64,000 bases of DNA from Candidatus Cloacimonadales bacterium (GTDB lineage: Bacteria > Cloacimonadota > Cloacimonadia > Cloacimonadales > JAIOQZ01): assembly GCA_963665815.1 (NCBI GenBank), contig OY762463.1, forward strand, positions 1,952,001-2,016,000, read 5' to 3'. Position 1 is the stretch's first letter, and every line of letters starts with the position of its first letter. The translations under genes and the position numbers were made by a program. Under the pieces are notes generated by a model. That model did not search any database and had not been told where the DNA came from. It saw nothing but the letters and a program-made list of their open reading frames with translations. Below, in pieces: positions 62,432 to 64,000 of this stretch.

Positions 62432-62884
62432 TTGAAGAATATGTTCTCTTTAAACAAGATCAAAATTAAATACTGTGAATTTAAAAAATATGTTGCTTTT
62501 AACTTGATATATGCAATAATTGCAAGTGTAGCATATATAAAATACAGAATAGATTTAATTGATTTCAACCTTTATGATCTGGCAGCATTTCTGATAGTAT
62601 TTTCGATTATGTCATTTGTTCTATCTCCAGCAAATTTCCTGATATGCAAATTTCCTAGTAAAAAAGGAATAGTTATTTTGCAATTAATTTTTGCTTCTTT
62701 GTATTCATTAACTTTATTTTCCATCATCTGTTATGAAAGCGAAAATCTTGATATTAGTTTCATTTATATACTAAAAAGATTTTGGAGAGATTATCTGGAT
62801 TTCTTCAAATTCTCATTGCTTTACTCTGCAGGATGGGATTTTTTTATGTGTCACAAATTCAGAAAAAAAAGGATAGTGTTCTAA
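62432..62884 (+). CDS. Multi-pass membrane protein, putative orphan immunity (cassette 4)
   Basis: Three to four hydrophobic helices; start TTG 62432 or ATG 62441 after AGGAG; followed by the shared cassette-end hairpin. Confidence 0.55.
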   Translation: MKNMFSLNKIKIKYCEFKKYVAFNLIYAIIASVAYIKYRIDLIDFNLYDLAAFLIVFSIMSFVLSPANFLICKFPSKKGIVILQLIFASLYSLTLFSIICYESENLDISFIYILKRFWRDYLDFFKFSLLYSAGWDFFMCHKFRKKRIVF

Positions 62885-62950
62885 TATGCGTATATTCAAG
62901 AATTTAGCTATGTGAGAAACATAATTAGGAAATGAATAATATTCAGCTAC

Positions 62951-63330
62951 AAGCCAGAAACTCGTTTTCTGGCTTTTTCTGTCTGAACCTTGATTTTCAT
63001 GATTGAAGGATTGCTTTGGAATAAGCCCTTGCGCATGGCTGAAAGCCTCCGCAATGGTGGATTTAAACCAGGGAAAATGGGGGAAATAAATGCGGTTTCA
63101 CCACCCCGTCTTCGATTTTAAATCGAATTAACACCGCCAGCGGATGGAAATTGACGCTATTGCGTTGTTTGTAGGGAACAATAATCATTGTTCCGGATTT
63201 TAAACCCTCTGTCTCGCACGCTCGACATCTCCCCGTAGATGTTTTCGAAGAAATACATCCAGAGAAAGACGAGGGAGAACCAATAACCTGTGTAGTCCTG
63301 CTATGCGTAGAGACAACCGGACGGTTGTCT
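62951..63330. repeat. Ordered mosaic of REP-like palindromes (spacer D), colinear with spacer B
   Basis: AAGCCAGAAAC-tc-GTTTTCTGGCTT, GAACCTTGATTTTCATGATTGAAG, GTAGGGAACAA...TTGTTCC (63171-63194), AAACCCTCTGTCTCG...CTCGACATCTC, GTAGAGACAACCGGACGGTTGTCT (63307-63330). Confidence 0.85.
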
Positions 63331-63658
63331 ATGATTGGAATGTGTTCTACACACCTCCCGCCTTCTGCATACTCCCGTAGTGTTTAACCTGAATTGTCAG
63401 GTAAAGTAACAGAATTCCGTGCAGAACGTGCAGTATTATTTTGGAATTTCTTCCATGTAGAGTAGAAACAAATAAACATTAGAAAGGCGAAGATATTAAA
63501 TACAATAAGATCATTTCAGCACTGAAAGAAAATCAATCCCGATATGCAATCTGTATAAACTCACTTCCACAAAATCGGTCTTAACCATTAAAAAATTGAA
63601 ATATTGACATCAGAATCCGGTTTTATATGTTGGAAGAAAAATTATTCAGGAATAAAAT

Positions 63659-64000
63659 ATGATTGGATTACATAAAAAAATTTACATGTCTTTGTTGATA
63701 ATAGTGTTAGTTACCGGTTTATTTGCGTCTGTTAACGATAAATATAAATTCGGGCTTCAGATGTTTAAGGATGCCCTCTATGAAGAAGCTATACTCGAGT
63801 TTGAGAAGATTATTGAAGAAGCTCCAACTTCCACTGAAGCACAACAATCACTATTCTATATAGGTGAATCTTACCGTTTAAGAGAAGACTTTGTCAAAGC
63901 AGAAATATATTACAAGAAACTGCTTGATGGTTATCCCTCTAACTCCGGTAGAGACCGAACTCTATTTTACTATGGTAATGTCCTTTCTGCACAGAAGAAA
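63659..64000 (+). CDS. Exported TPR protein (runs off the window end)
   Basis: Manual translation MIGLHKKIYMSLLIIVLVTGLFASVNDKYKFGLQMFKDALYEEAILEFEKII...SLFYIGESY...; TTGACA at 63604. Confidence 0.8.
   Translation, partial: MIGLHKKIYMSLLIIVLVTGLFASVNDKYKFGLQMFKDALYEEAILEFEKIIEEAPTSTEAQQSLFYIGESYRLREDFVKAEIYYKKLLDGYPSNSGRDRTLFYYGNVLSAQKK

Noticed and set aside
55916-63600. Integron cassette array with attC sites
   Set aside because: The end hairpin is only about 21-27 bp, lacks RYYYAAC/GTTRRRY core sites, and no integrase is in the window

Overview
AT-rich bacterial chromosomal segment from a diderm anaerobe. The Rnf operon, BamD/TamB/Lol genes, a PorV-like gene and proteins with FlgD-Ig/T9SS-type C-terminal sorting domains suggest Cloacimonadota or a related FCB lineage; this is an inference. 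Positions 1-55.9 kb are mostly housekeeping: partial mreB, a CIRCE-regulated hrcA-grpE-dnaK-dnaJ-rsmE operon, efp, an M6 protease/PorV-like/S8 protease cluster, greA to recN, eno, cmk-plsC-ispH-rpsA, a GH108 lysozyme, rnfCDGEAB, a tandem pair of secreted CTD proteins with variable N-termini, lolE/D, a TamB-like gene, an Ldh_2 oxidoreductase, a nuclease-DinG helicase and yjbQ. The most unusual part is a roughly 7.7-kb island (55.9-63.6 kb) of orphan RHS toxin-tip/immunity cassettes with no full-length rhs gene. The cassettes share a conserved leader with a strong SD. Their conserved RHS cores are interrupted by short frame-preserving hairpin inserts that show compensatory base-pair changes, and the spacers are ordered mosaics of GTAG-type REP-like palindromes plus a MITE. 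Two or three copies of a second, IS5-like MITE lie at 41.3, 53.0 and possibly 44.8 kb. No rRNA, tRNA or CRISPR array was recognised. All assignments are motif-based by eye; no database searches were run.
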